Shown here piece by piece: positions 1-8,586 of a stretch of 26,625 nucleotides of DNA. Source of the stretch: Candidatus Eiseniibacteriota bacterium (GTDB taxonomy: Bacteria > Eisenbacteria > RBG-16-71-46 > DASYSL01); NCBI GenBank assembly GCA_046598045.1, contig JBKJJJ010000068.1:1-26625 (forward strand), given 5' to 3'. The notes below the pieces were generated by a model. It did no database searches. It had not been told where the DNA came from and worked only from the letters and a program-made list of their open reading frames with translations. The position numbers were made by a program, and so were the translations under genes. The number at the start of each line of letters is the position of its first letter. The first letter of the stretch is position 1.

Positions 1-1
1 G

Positions 2-751
2 GCCGCCGCGGCATGCCCGCCGAGCTCGAGCGCGCGCTGGCACGCGGGCCGCGGGGTATCGGCCGCGCGCGCGGAGCTGTTCGAATCCCGAAGGTTGGTG
101 CGCGCGGAGGACCGCTACCAGGTCGACGCCGCGAACGGCGCGTTCGCGTGGACCGTGGGCGACACGGCGACCGCGCTCGCGGCGTACGACTCGGTGCTCG
201 CGTACCAGTCGGACAATCCCGAGGGCGCGCAGGGGCGTGCCGAGGCGCTCGCGCTCGCGGGCCGTAACGCCGAGGCGTTCGCCGCCTACGATCGCGCGGT
301 GCGCGAGCGCACCGGCGTGATCGGGTTGCGCTGCGACTTCGCGCGCGATCTCCTGATCGCGGGCAAGGTCGCGGAGGCGACGAGGCAGCTCGACGAGGCG
401 CGGCTGCTCGACGCGGAGAACCCGACCGCCGAGGCGCTGCGCGGCTGGGCCGCGCTGGCGAGCGGCAATCAAGCCGCGGCGCGTGCACACGTGAAGCAGG
501 CGCTGGCGTGGGGCCCGTGGTGCGACCTCGCGCGCATCGTCGGGGCCGACATCGACAAGCGCGCCGGGGATGCCGCCGCCGCCACGCGCGCGCTCGCGCC
601 CGTGCGCGAGCGGATGGCGCGCGAGGCGCCGCCCGAGTGGGTCTATCGCGCGAAGCTCGCGACCTGGGAGCACGTGCACACGCTGCCGGCGGTGGAACGC
701 CGCCTGATCGAGCAGATCAGTCCCTCGCAGGAGCAGGCGAGGCTGCCGTGA
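2..751 (+). CDS. TPR-repeat protein, 5'-partial (C-terminal part)
   Basis: The frame of ORF 95..751 stays open back to the window edge. Ala/Leu-rich helical TPR-like units (AYDSVLAYQSDNPEGAQGRAEALALAGRNAEAFAAYDRA; ARLLDAENPTAEALRGWAALASG). Confidence 0.75.
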   Translation, partial: AAAACPPSSSARWHAGRGVSAARAELFESRRLVRAEDRYQVDAANGAFAWTVGDTATALAAYDSVLAYQSDNPEGAQGRAEALALAGRNAEAFAAYDRAVRERTGVIGLRCDFARDLLIAGKVAEATRQLDEARLLDAENPTAEALRGWAALASGNQAAARAHVKQALAWGPWCDLARIVGADIDKRAGDAAAATRALAPVRERMAREAPPEWVYRAKLATWEHVHTLPAVERRLIEQISPSQEQARLP

Positions 752-808
752 GCCAACTTCACGACCGGATCGGCCACGAGCTGCGCGGGGCGGGCCGCAC
801 TGGGCACT

Positions 809-836
809 TTGCGAACGGCCCGCGAAGCCGTAGCAT
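809..836 (+). promoter_or_regulatory. Candidate sigma70-type promoter for the peroxiredoxin gene
   Basis: TTGCGA (809-814), 16 nt, TAGCAT (831-836), 60 nt upstream of the ATG. An inverted repeat GCGGGCCG (790-797) / CGGCCCGC (816-823) flanks the -35. Confidence 0.4.
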
Positions 837-896
837 CCAAACCTGCTCGGTGAAGATCCGCGGGTTAGGGCAAGACAGAGAAACCGGGGGTGGAGG

Positions 897-1580
897 ATGG
901 CAGTGGAAACCAGCAACACGCCGCTCATGATCGGGAGCATCGCTCCGGACTTCGAAGCGGAGACGACGGAAGGGCGCATCAAGTTCCACGACTGGATCGG
1001 CGATTCGTGGGCGATCCTGTTCTCGCATCCGAAGGACTTCACGCCGGTGTGCACGACCGAGCTCGGCTACATGGCGAAGCTCCAGCCCGACTTCGAGAAG
1101 CGCAACGTGAAGGTCATCGGCCTGAGTGTCGATCCCGTCACCAACCACGCGAAGTGGGCCGAGGACATCAAGGAGACGCAGGGCCACGCGCCGAACTTTC
1201 CGATGATCGGCGACACGGACCTCGCGGTTTCGAAGCTCTACAACATGCTGCCGGCCGGTCTCGACGGCACGTTCGAGGGCCGCACGGCGATGGACAACAT
1301 GACCGTGCGCACGGTGTTCGTGATCGGGCCGGACAAGAAGATCAAGCTCATGATCTCGTATCCGATGACCACGGGCCGCAACTTCGACGAGGTGCTGCGC
1401 GTGATCGATTCGCTCCAGATGACCGCCAAGCACAAGGTCGCGACGCCGGTGAACTGGAAGCCGGGCGAGGACGTGATCATCGCGGGCTCGGTGTCGGACG
1501 ACGACGCGAAGAAGGCTTATCCCGATGGCTGGAAGTCGCCGAAGCCATACCTGAGGATCGTGCCGCAGCCGAAGGGCTAG
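897..1580 (+). CDS. 1-Cys peroxiredoxin (Prx6 subfamily)
   Basis: Active-site motif FSHPKDFTPVCTTELG, YPMTTGRNFDEVLRVIDSLQ, and a C-terminal ATPVNWKPGEDVII domain. Single Cys. Confidence 0.96.
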   Translation: MAVETSNTPLMIGSIAPDFEAETTEGRIKFHDWIGDSWAILFSHPKDFTPVCTTELGYMAKLQPDFEKRNVKVIGLSVDPVTNHAKWAEDIKETQGHAPNFPMIGDTDLAVSKLYNMLPAGLDGTFEGRTAMDNMTVRTVFVIGPDKKIKLMISYPMTTGRNFDEVLRVIDSLQMTAKHKVATPVNWKPGEDVIIAGSVSDDDAKKAYPDGWKSPKPYLRIVPQPKG

Positions 1581-1608
1581 TCCTCGCGACCGAGCTCGGG
1601 ATCTGGAA

Positions 1609-1645
1609 AACGCCGCAGTCGGGGATCCCGGCTGCGGCGTTCGTA
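1609..1645. terminator. Intrinsic terminator hairpin after peroxiredoxin (possibly bidirectional)
   Basis: 15-bp stem AACGCCGCAGTCGGG-gat-CCCGGCTGCGGCGTT (one G-U pair), with an A-tract on the 5' side and TTCGT on the 3' side. Confidence 0.75.
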
Positions 1646-1756
1646 CAAAAATCCCTCTCCCGCCATCGCCTCAAAGTTGTCTACTGACAAGAGCCCGGGC
1701 GCGAGGTCGCGACCCGCGCATAGGCCTGCAGGCACGACCGTCAGGAGATCCCCGAC

Positions 1757-3280
1757 ATGAGCATCCCCAAGGACCAACAGCGCGCACTCCTCGTGCGCAT
1801 CGCGCGCGAGGCGATGGTCGCCCGCGGGCTCCTGCCCGACTTCACGCCCAAGGCGCTGGCCGAGGCGCAGGCGTTCACGCCGCCGCACGCGCCCTTCGCT
1901 GAAGGCGTGCAGGACCTCCGCGAGTTGCCCTGGTGCTCGATCGACAACGACGACTCGCGCGACCTCGACCAGCTCACCGTCGCCGTCCGGGAGCCGGGCG
2001 GCGCGACGCGCATCCTGATCGCGGTGGCCGACGTGAGCGCGGCCGTCCTGCCGGGATCGGAGCTGGACCAGCACGCGCAGGCGAACACGACCTCGGTCTA
2101 CACGCCTCCGCAGGTCTTTCCCATGCTGCCCGAGCACCTGAGCACGGACCTGACCTCGCTCAACCAGAACGAGGATCGCCTCGCGGTCGTGACCGACGTC
2201 GTGATCGGTGGGGCGAGCGCCGCGAACGTCTACCTGGCGGTCGTGCGCAATCACGCGAAGCTCGCCTACTCGGGCGTGGGCGCGTGGCTCGAGGGCCGGG
2301 GCGAGCTGCCGGCGGCCGCGGCGGCGGTGCCCGGGCTGGCCGACAATCTCAAGTTGCAGGACGAGATCGCGCAGGGCCTCAAGGAGAAGCGCCACGAGCA
2401 GGGCGCGCTCGAGCTCGAGACCATCGAGGTGCGCGCGCAGTTCACCGGGGACGCCGTGAGCGGGCTTGCCGCCGAGCGCCGCAATCGCGCGAAGGAGATC
2501 ATCGAGGACTTCATGATCGCCGCGAATGGCGTGATGGCGCGCTTCCTCGAGGATCACAAGCTGCCCGTGCTGCGCCGCATCGTGCGCGAGCCCGAGCGCT
2601 GGCCGCGCATCGTCGAGATCGCGCTCGGCCTCGGCGACAAGCTCCCGCCCCAGCCCGACTCGAAGGCGCTCGACGAATTCCTGCTGCGCCGCCGCGCGGC
2701 CGATCCGCTGCGCTTCCCCGATCTCTCGCTGTCGGTGATCAAGCTGCTCGGCCGTGGCGAGTACGTCGCGAGCTTCCCGGGCGAGCCGCCGATCGGCCAC
2801 TTCGGCCTCGCGGTCACGCAGTACACGCACTCGACCGCCCCCAACCGGCGCTATCCCGACCTGATCACCCAGCGCATGCTCAAGGCCGCGCTCGCCGGCA
2901 AGCCGGGCCCGTACGACAAGCCAGCGCTCACGGCGCTCGCGACGCGCTGCACGCAGAAGGAAGACGACGCGCAGAAGGTCGAGCGGCTGCTGCGCAAGTG
3001 CGCCGCCGCGCTGCTCCTGAGCGACCGCATCGGGGACCAGTTCGACGGCATCGTCACCGGCGCCTCGGACAAGGGCACGTACGTGCGCGTCTTCGACCCG
3101 CCGGTCGAGGGCCGCGTCGAGCAGGGCCAGGCCGGCCTCGACGTGGGCGATGCCGTGCGCGTGAAGCTGCTGCACACCGACGTCGAGCGCGGGTTCATCG
3201 ACTTCGCGAGCCTCAAGACGACCGGGCACGCCGCGGGCGTCCGCCCCGGCGCGCGCGGGACGGAACCGGTCGCGCACTAG
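1757..3280 (+). CDS. RNB-domain 3'-5' exoribonuclease (RNase II/R family) with C-terminal S1-like domain, no N-terminal cold-shock domains
   Basis: Motifs SIDNDDSRDLDQ, IAVADVS, TSVY..P..FPMLP, IIEDFMIAAN, HFGLAVTQYTHSTAPNRRYPDLITQR. S1-like tail GDAVRVKLLHTDVERGFIDF. SD AGGAG upstream. Confidence 0.93.
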   Translation: MSIPKDQQRALLVRIAREAMVARGLLPDFTPKALAEAQAFTPPHAPFAEGVQDLRELPWCSIDNDDSRDLDQLTVAVREPGGATRILIAVADVSAAVLPGSELDQHAQANTTSVYTPPQVFPMLPEHLSTDLTSLNQNEDRLAVVTDVVIGGASAANVYLAVVRNHAKLAYSGVGAWLEGRGELPAAAAAVPGLADNLKLQDEIAQGLKEKRHEQGALELETIEVRAQFTGDAVSGLAAERRNRAKEIIEDFMIAANGVMARFLEDHKLPVLRRIVREPERWPRIVEIALGLGDKLPPQPDSKALDEFLLRRRAADPLRFPDLSLSVIKLLGRGEYVASFPGEPPIGHFGLAVTQYTHSTAPNRRYPDLITQRMLKAALAGKPGPYDKPALTALATRCTQKEDDAQKVERLLRKCAAALLLSDRIGDQFDGIVTGASDKGTYVRVFDPPVEGRVEQGQAGLDVGDAVRVKLLHTDVERGFIDFASLKTTGHAAGVRPGARGTEPVAH

Positions 3281-3293
3281 AAAGGGACGGGCC

Positions 3294-3767
3294 ATGCAGA
3301 AGATCACGACCTTCCTGTGGTTCGACGGCAACGCCGAGGAGGCGGTGAACCACTATGTTTCGATCTTCAAGAACTCGAAGATCGGCAACGTCAGCCGCTA
3401 CGGGGACGCCGGCCCCGGGCCGAAGGGATCGGTCCTGGTGATGACCTTCCAACTCGACGGGCAGGAGTTCATGGCACTGAACGGCGGGCCGAAGTTCAAG
3501 TTCACGGAGGCGATCTCGCTGGTCGTGAACTGCGAGAGCCAGGCCGAACTGGACGACCTGTGGGGGAAACTCTCCGCCGGCGGGAGCACGTCGCAATGCG
3601 GATGGCTCAAGGACAAGTTCGGGTTGTCGTGGCAGATCGTCCCGACCGCACTGGGCCGCCTGCTGGCGGACCAGGACGCGGCGAAGGCGAACCGGGTCAT
3701 GGCAGCGGTGCTCAATATGACCAAGCTCGACATCGCCACGCTGGAGCGGGCCGCCTGGCAGACCTGA
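3294..3767 (+). CDS. VOC-family protein, PhnB / '3-demethylubiquinone-9 3-methyltransferase'-like
   Basis: MQKITTFLWFDGNAEEA, FQLDGQEFMALNGGPKFKFTEAISLVVNC and QCGWLKDKFGLSWQIVP are signatures of this family. Confidence 0.92.
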   Translation: MQKITTFLWFDGNAEEAVNHYVSIFKNSKIGNVSRYGDAGPGPKGSVLVMTFQLDGQEFMALNGGPKFKFTEAISLVVNCESQAELDDLWGKLSAGGSTSQCGWLKDKFGLSWQIVPTALGRLLADQDAAKANRVMAAVLNMTKLDIATLERAAWQT

Positions 3768-3786
3768 CAAGACTCGGGATGAGCGC

Positions 3787-4098
3787 TCAGCCCTCGATCT
3801 TGTAGATCTCGCGTCGGCCGTCGGCGACCAGGTCGTGATAGCCCTCCATCAGCTTCTCGAATTCCTTCATCTCCGGGCTGTGCTGGTCCATGCCCTGCAT
3901 CATGGTTTCGAACGCGGACAGGTTCTCGACCTCCATCTCCGCCACGACCGTCCAGTACTGCTCAGCGCAGAAGTCGGTCGTGATGCGCATCTTCGGCATC
4001 CCGAGCTTGAGGTTGATCTTCGACATCGCGAGAAACTTCTCGACCATCGGCCGGACCTTCCCCGGCTTGCAGTGCATGATTTCGCGGATGAGCAGCAT
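3787..4098 (-). CDS. Small hypothetical protein, NIPSNAP-like dimeric alpha/beta barrel (103 aa)
   Basis: Start moved to ATG 4098 (SD AAGGA upstream). Pattern IREIMHCKPGK...RITTD....YWTVVAEMEVENLSAFE...YHDLVADGRREIYKIE. Candidate promoter on the minus strand: TTCCCC-N17-TATGCT (4179-4151). Confidence 0.75.
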   Translation of the reverse strand: MLLIREIMHCKPGKVRPMVEKFLAMSKINLKLGMPKMRITTDFCAEQYWTVVAEMEVENLSAFETMMQGMDQHSPEMKEFEKLMEGYHDLVADGRREIYKIEG

Positions 4099-4639
4099 CG
4101 AGGATTCCTTTCGGCGGAGGCTGGCGGACGAACACCGGGGCTGCCAGGGGAGCATAGCGCCCCGCTGGGCCCCGGGGAAGGCGGCGGGCGGGCCCCGGCG
4201 GCGACTCCATCGAGTCTTCGCAAGCCGTCTCCGGAACGTTCATGTCGGCGCGCGGTAAAGGTTTCGGCGTGACGCGCCGACCCCTGCGAGGGCGGGCCGG
4301 GGCCATTCCGCACGGGCCGCGGCGCCCCACCCGGTCGAGCCCCGTCGATTGATTTCTTGTCGGACTTGATTCCGTTCTTGCCAACGCCCCCACAAATGGG
4401 ATTAAGTCCTTCCCACGTCGATGATTTGGGAACCATTGGGTGCCGCGTTGAAAACCACCCCGAATGACTTCTCCCGCGCGTTCCCGCAGGCCACTCGGCG
4501 ATTGCTTCACGCTTCATTCTTGGTCCGTTCGATCCCAATCGATCGAGCCCGTCGGCCCCTCGAAGGACGACTCGCTGCGCAGTGCTGCTCCCTTGCTGTG
4601 CCACGCGCGGACCCCTGCCATGGTAGCGGAGGTCACTTC

Positions 4640-7600
4640 ATGATCATGAATACCAGGACTCTGTATCGAGGACTGGCCCTCGGGGTGCTCGCCCTGTTGA
4701 GCGCGTCGACGGTCGTCTCCGCGGATACGGCCCAGGTCAACCCCTGGCCCGCGGATCTCTCGCCCGCCGGCTTCTACGCCGCGCACATGATCGGCACCGT
4801 CGACGACGCGCAGTTCGAGGCCACGGTCGCTCCCGAGGTCGTCGACGCGGCGCGCAACTTCCTTGCACAGTCGAAGGCCATGGGTATGTCGACCAACTCC
4901 GGTCGCCTTTCGGTCGAGCTCTCCGGCGCCAACGTCCGCGCCAACAATCCAGCCGGCGATCGCATCGGCGAGACCCAGTCCGAAATCTCGGTCTGCGTCT
5001 ACGGCGATACGGTGGTCGTGGGCTGGAATGATTCCCGGGGGTTCCTGGCCGGCTCGACGCTTTCGAGCTATGCCTATTCCACCGATGGCGCCGCGACGTT
5101 CGTCGACGGCGGTAATGTGCCGCTCGCCCTGGCGTCCGACCAGGCCTTCGGCGACACCGATCTCGATACCGACGGCAAGGGCAACTGGTATCTGGTGGGT
5201 ATCTACACCCGGACCGCGAACAACCCGGATCCCACGGCCGAGCAGAACATCGCGGTCTGGAACGGGCACTTCGTCGCGGGCGTGCTGGTGTGGAATCCTC
5301 CGGTCCAGGCCTCGATCGCCCCGACCACCGTCTCGGCGAACGACAAGTGCTACCTGGCCGTCGACCGCGCCGTGACCGGCAACGTGTATGTTGCCTACAC
5401 ACGCTTCTCGCAGGTCGGCGCGAACCCGAACATCGAAGTCGCGCGCTCGACTGATCGGGGCGCCACGTGGGGCGTGCCGACGATCCTCGATAGCGACGCC
5501 ACCCCGACCGCTTCGAAGCAGTGCGCCAACCCGTACTGCGGGCCGGGCGGTGAAGTCTACGTGGCGTGGGAGAAGGGCGCGAACCAGATCAATTGCCCGG
5601 ACGGCACGGGCAACCTCAATAGCGTGAGCGCGGTCATCGCGTTCAGCAAGTCGAGCGATTTCGGCTTGACGTATTCCGCTTACGTGCAGATCGGTTCGCC
5701 GGTGACCGACTTCGAGGCCGCCGGCCCCGGCGACCTGCGAGAGCGTGGCAACGAGTTTCCCGACATCGTCGTGGACCGCTCGAGCTGCGCGACGCGCGGC
5801 AATGTCTACGTGACCTGGCACTCCTCGGCCCCGTGGACGGCGAATGTCGCTGCCGGCCCGGCGCACGCCGAGGCGGCCGATGCAGCGAACAACAACCCGG
5901 GTGGCGCCGAGCTCTTCCTGGTCGGCGAGAACGTGACCGGCACGATTACCACGACCTCGGACCTCGATTATTGGACGTTCGACGCGGTCATGGGTACGAG
6001 CTACCTGCTCGTCCTCGACCCGCAGGGCTTCAATTGCGGGGTCTCGGGCACGTCGAGGAGCATGCGCATGCGCATGTACGCAACCCAGGCGGCCTATACC
6101 CCGGCCACCAGCTTCCCCGACACGCTGATTGCCGCGTCGGCGCAGGGCACGTTCGAGGACCGCATCACCTGGACGGCCCCGAAGACGGGCCGCTTCCTCG
6201 TACGCATGCAGCGTTCCGCGGGCACGGCGCCATTCACGTACTTGCTGCGTGTGCGTGCGCTGACCTTCACGACCGGGCCGGATGGCGCGCGCGACACGCG
6301 CGACGTCGTGCTCACCCGTTCGACCGACGGCGGCGCCACGTGGTCGGGCGCGAATCGCATCAATGACGACCCGGCCGGTCTCGAAAACCGCCGTCCGTTC
6401 ATGTCGGTGGACGACAAGGGTCGCCTGAGCGTGTTCTGGCATGACAGCCGGACTCCGGGCTTCGGCTCGAACGCCGCCCTGACGTCGGTCTTCGGCGTCA
6501 CCTCGCGCGACGGCGGCCTGAACTGGAATCCGAACTACCTCGTGACCGACGCCCTGTCCTTCTTCTCCTTCAACACGATTGCCATTCCCAACCTGGGCGA
6601 CTACAACGCCGCCTCGTCGTTCGGCAATACGACCATCGGCGCGTGGACCGACCAGCGCGTGACGGCGGGGGAAGTGCGCGATCCGGTCACGGGCGCCTTT
6701 ACGGCCGGTCCGGGTCCCGACGCATGGACCGGCAAGATCACGTTCGCGCAGGGAGTCACTTGCCCGGCCAGCCCGGCTTCGGTGGTCGGCGGCGGAACGG
6801 TGCCCCTGACGTTCTGCATCACGAACAACGGAACGGTGGCGGACCAGTACAACTACGTGCTTGCTGAGCCGAACGGCTGGCTTGTCGGCGCGGCCAATGG
6901 CACGACGGGCGTGCTCACTCCGGGCGCGACCCAGTGCGTGACCTTCACGTTCGCTCCGCCCTCGAGCTGCAGCCCGGCAGTTGCGGACCCCATCACGTTC
7001 ACCAGCACCCCGGTGGGCAGCTCCGCGTGCGACCAGGTCGCGTGCTCCGTGGACTTGATCTGCGAACCGGTCGTCCCGACGCTGATCGCGGACTTCGAGG
7101 CCCAGGACAATGGTGGCGGCGAGGTCACTGTCAACTGGTCGACCAGGGTCTCCTCGTCGATCCAGGGCTTTCACCTGTATCGCGGCGTGAACGCGCAGTC
7201 GGCGTTCGACCGCGTGAACAGCTCCCTCATCCCGGTGAATGTCTCGGGCGCTTATAGCATCATCGACGATGCGGCTCCGGCCGGCCTTGCCTGGTATCGC
7301 CTCGCGGCGGTGCAGGGCGACGGCACCGAAGTCACGGTCGCCTCGATCAGCGTCAGTGTCAGCGGCTTGCCGACCGCATACTCGTTCCACCTCGCGGGCG
7401 CAAATCCGTTCCCGCGCCTGAGCGGGACGTCGTTCGCATACGCGCTGCCGACTTCCGGGCACGTGCGGGTGGGTGTCTACAACGTCGCCGGACAGTTGGT
7501 GAAGACGCTCGTTTCGGCCGACCAGGCCGCGGGCTTCTACACGCTGCCGCTGTCGTTCTCGAACCAGGGTCGCGCCCTGAATTCGGGCATCTACCTCGTC

Positions 7601-7654
7601 AAGTTCGATGCCGGCGCCTTCCAGAAGACGGTGCGCGTGATCGCGGTGCAGTAA
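4640..7654 (+). CDS. Large secreted protein (1004 aa): BNR/Asp-box sialidase-like beta-propeller with inserted PPC-like domain, NEW3/Ig-like domain, FN3/Ig-like domain and C-terminal FlgD-Ig/T9SS-CTD-like domain
   Basis: ATG 4640 with GGAGGT at 4628-4633, then a signal peptide (RTLYRGLALGVLALLSASTVVSA). Five Asp-boxes: YSTDGAATF, RSTDRGATW, KSSDFGLTY, RSTDGGATW, TSRDGGLNW. ITNNGTVADQY (NEW3-like). Tail NPF...VYNVAGQLVKTLV...SGIYLVKF. Confidence 0.85.
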   Translation: MIMNTRTLYRGLALGVLALLSASTVVSADTAQVNPWPADLSPAGFYAAHMIGTVDDAQFEATVAPEVVDAARNFLAQSKAMGMSTNSGRLSVELSGANVRANNPAGDRIGETQSEISVCVYGDTVVVGWNDSRGFLAGSTLSSYAYSTDGAATFVDGGNVPLALASDQAFGDTDLDTDGKGNWYLVGIYTRTANNPDPTAEQNIAVWNGHFVAGVLVWNPPVQASIAPTTVSANDKCYLAVDRAVTGNVYVAYTRFSQVGANPNIEVARSTDRGATWGVPTILDSDATPTASKQCANPYCGPGGEVYVAWEKGANQINCPDGTGNLNSVSAVIAFSKSSDFGLTYSAYVQIGSPVTDFEAAGPGDLRERGNEFPDIVVDRSSCATRGNVYVTWHSSAPWTANVAAGPAHAEAADAANNNPGGAELFLVGENVTGTITTTSDLDYWTFDAVMGTSYLLVLDPQGFNCGVSGTSRSMRMRMYATQAAYTPATSFPDTLIAASAQGTFEDRITWTAPKTGRFLVRMQRSAGTAPFTYLLRVRALTFTTGPDGARDTRDVVLTRSTDGGATWSGANRINDDPAGLENRRPFMSVDDKGRLSVFWHDSRTPGFGSNAALTSVFGVTSRDGGLNWNPNYLVTDALSFFSFNTIAIPNLGDYNAASSFGNTTIGAWTDQRVTAGEVRDPVTGAFTAGPGPDAWTGKITFAQGVTCPASPASVVGGGTVPLTFCITNNGTVADQYNYVLAEPNGWLVGAANGTTGVLTPGATQCVTFTFAPPSSCSPAVADPITFTSTPVGSSACDQVACSVDLICEPVVPTLIADFEAQDNGGGEVTVNWSTRVSSSIQGFHLYRGVNAQSAFDRVNSSLIPVNVSGAYSIIDDAAPAGLAWYRLAAVQGDGTEVTVASISVSVSGLPTAYSFHLAGANPFPRLSGTSFAYALPTSGHVRVGVYNVAGQLVKTLVSADQAAGFYTLPLSFSNQGRALNSGIYLVKFDAGAFQKTVRVIAVQ

Positions 7655-7684
7655 GGCCGCGACGCAAACATCGAGGTCGTGCGG

Positions 7685-7722
7685 ACTCCCCGGGGGGACA
7701 TCCCCCGGGGAGTTTCGCTTTT
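7685..7722 (+). terminator. Rho-independent terminator
   Basis: Perfect 12-bp stem ACTCCCCGGGGG-gacat-CCCCCGGGGAGT followed by TTCGCTTTT, 30 nt after the stop codon. Confidence 0.85.
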
Positions 7723-7931
7723 GTCCGGGCCGGGCGCGCCGTCCGGCCCGGCGCCCGGGGCGCGCGGAACGGAACCGGCCGGCCGTCACGGGGCTTGCGT
7801 TCGGGCGGCAAGGGGTCTAGGAATGATGGCTGGTGCAGGCCCGGGCTGACCCCGGCACCCGGCCCATTGTCCCCCCCCGGCTCAAATCCCCGACGACGCC
7901 CACCCCGGGCGAGAATTCCAGGAGTGTCGTC

Positions 7932-8486
7932 ATGAAGTACCTCCCGCTTGCCCTGCTGCTTTCGGCTTCGATCCTGGTCGGACAGGCCACCGCGAACCCC
8001 TTCGCCCGCAAGTCCGGCAATCCGGGCACGCTCGGCTCGGTCGTCACCGTCCCACCCGAGTGGGCGGGCATCTGGGTGACCTCGGATTCGACGTACGACT
8101 GCACAGGCGCCCTCACCGGCACGTCGACGTACACCGACACGCTGTGCGCCGGAACCAGGATCTATCCGGACACGACGGTCAGTTGCTCGGGGTCCTCCAC
8201 CGCGACCACGTTCGACATGACGTGCTCGGGCTCGGCGGAAGTCTTCACGGACTGCCGGTACACGCTCAACCTCGAATCCCACGGAACGCGCAGCGGGGAT
8301 TCGTTCTCGAGCGTCGCGACCCTGAGCATCGCCTATTCGGGGATCGGGCCCGGGTGTGACCTGTTCCCGAATCAATGCTCGCAGACCAACTCGCACAGCA
8401 CGCGCATCGGTGCGGCTCCAGCGGCCTACTGCGCGACGCCGACGCAACCGGTGACGTGGGGGCGGATGAAGGTCCTCTATCGCTGA
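7932..8486 (+). CDS. Secreted Cys/Ser/Thr-rich hypothetical protein (184 aa) with C-terminal TWGxxKxxYR motif
   Basis: ATG 7932 with SD AGGAG. Signal peptide MKYLPLALLLSASILVGQATA. Eight Cys. Ends ATPTQPVTWGRMKVLYR. Confidence 0.85.
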   Translation: MKYLPLALLLSASILVGQATANPFARKSGNPGTLGSVVTVPPEWAGIWVTSDSTYDCTGALTGTSTYTDTLCAGTRIYPDTTVSCSGSSTATTFDMTCSGSAEVFTDCRYTLNLESHGTRSGDSFSSVATLSIAYSGIGPGCDLFPNQCSQTNSHSTRIGAAPAAYCATPTQPVTWGRMKVLYR

Positions 8487-8511
8487 CGGGATCCCTTCGG
8501 CTTGATCCTCT

Positions 8512-8545
8512 GGGCGCCCGCCATCCAGCGGGCGCCCTCTTGTTT
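8512..8545 (+). terminator. Rho-independent terminator
   Basis: Perfect 10-bp stem GGGCGCCCGC-catcca-GCGGGCGCCC followed by TCTTGTTT. Confidence 0.8.
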
Positions 8546-8586
8546 CCTCATCGTCCCGCGGCTGCGGCGTGGTGTAGATTCCGCGC

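Noticed and set aside
13..60. Possible frameshift near the window start (frame 1 'PAELERALA' looks protein-like)
   Set aside because: The frame of the TPR gene is open to the edge anyway. This cannot be tested without upstream sequence or homologs.
4421..4639. N-terminal extensions given by the ORF track (also starts at 7833, 10367, 13865, 18039, 18667, 20769, 21328, 23582)
   Set aside because: Downstream starts have an SD and/or place the signal peptide or first domain motif at the N-terminus.
4514..7789. 1091-aa antisense ORF (likewise 1577..3331, 8548..10986, 14492..16075 and other long overlapping ORFs)
   Set aside because: These are shadow frames of well-supported genes in high-GC DNA, with Arg/Ala/Gly-rich translations and no recognisable motifs.
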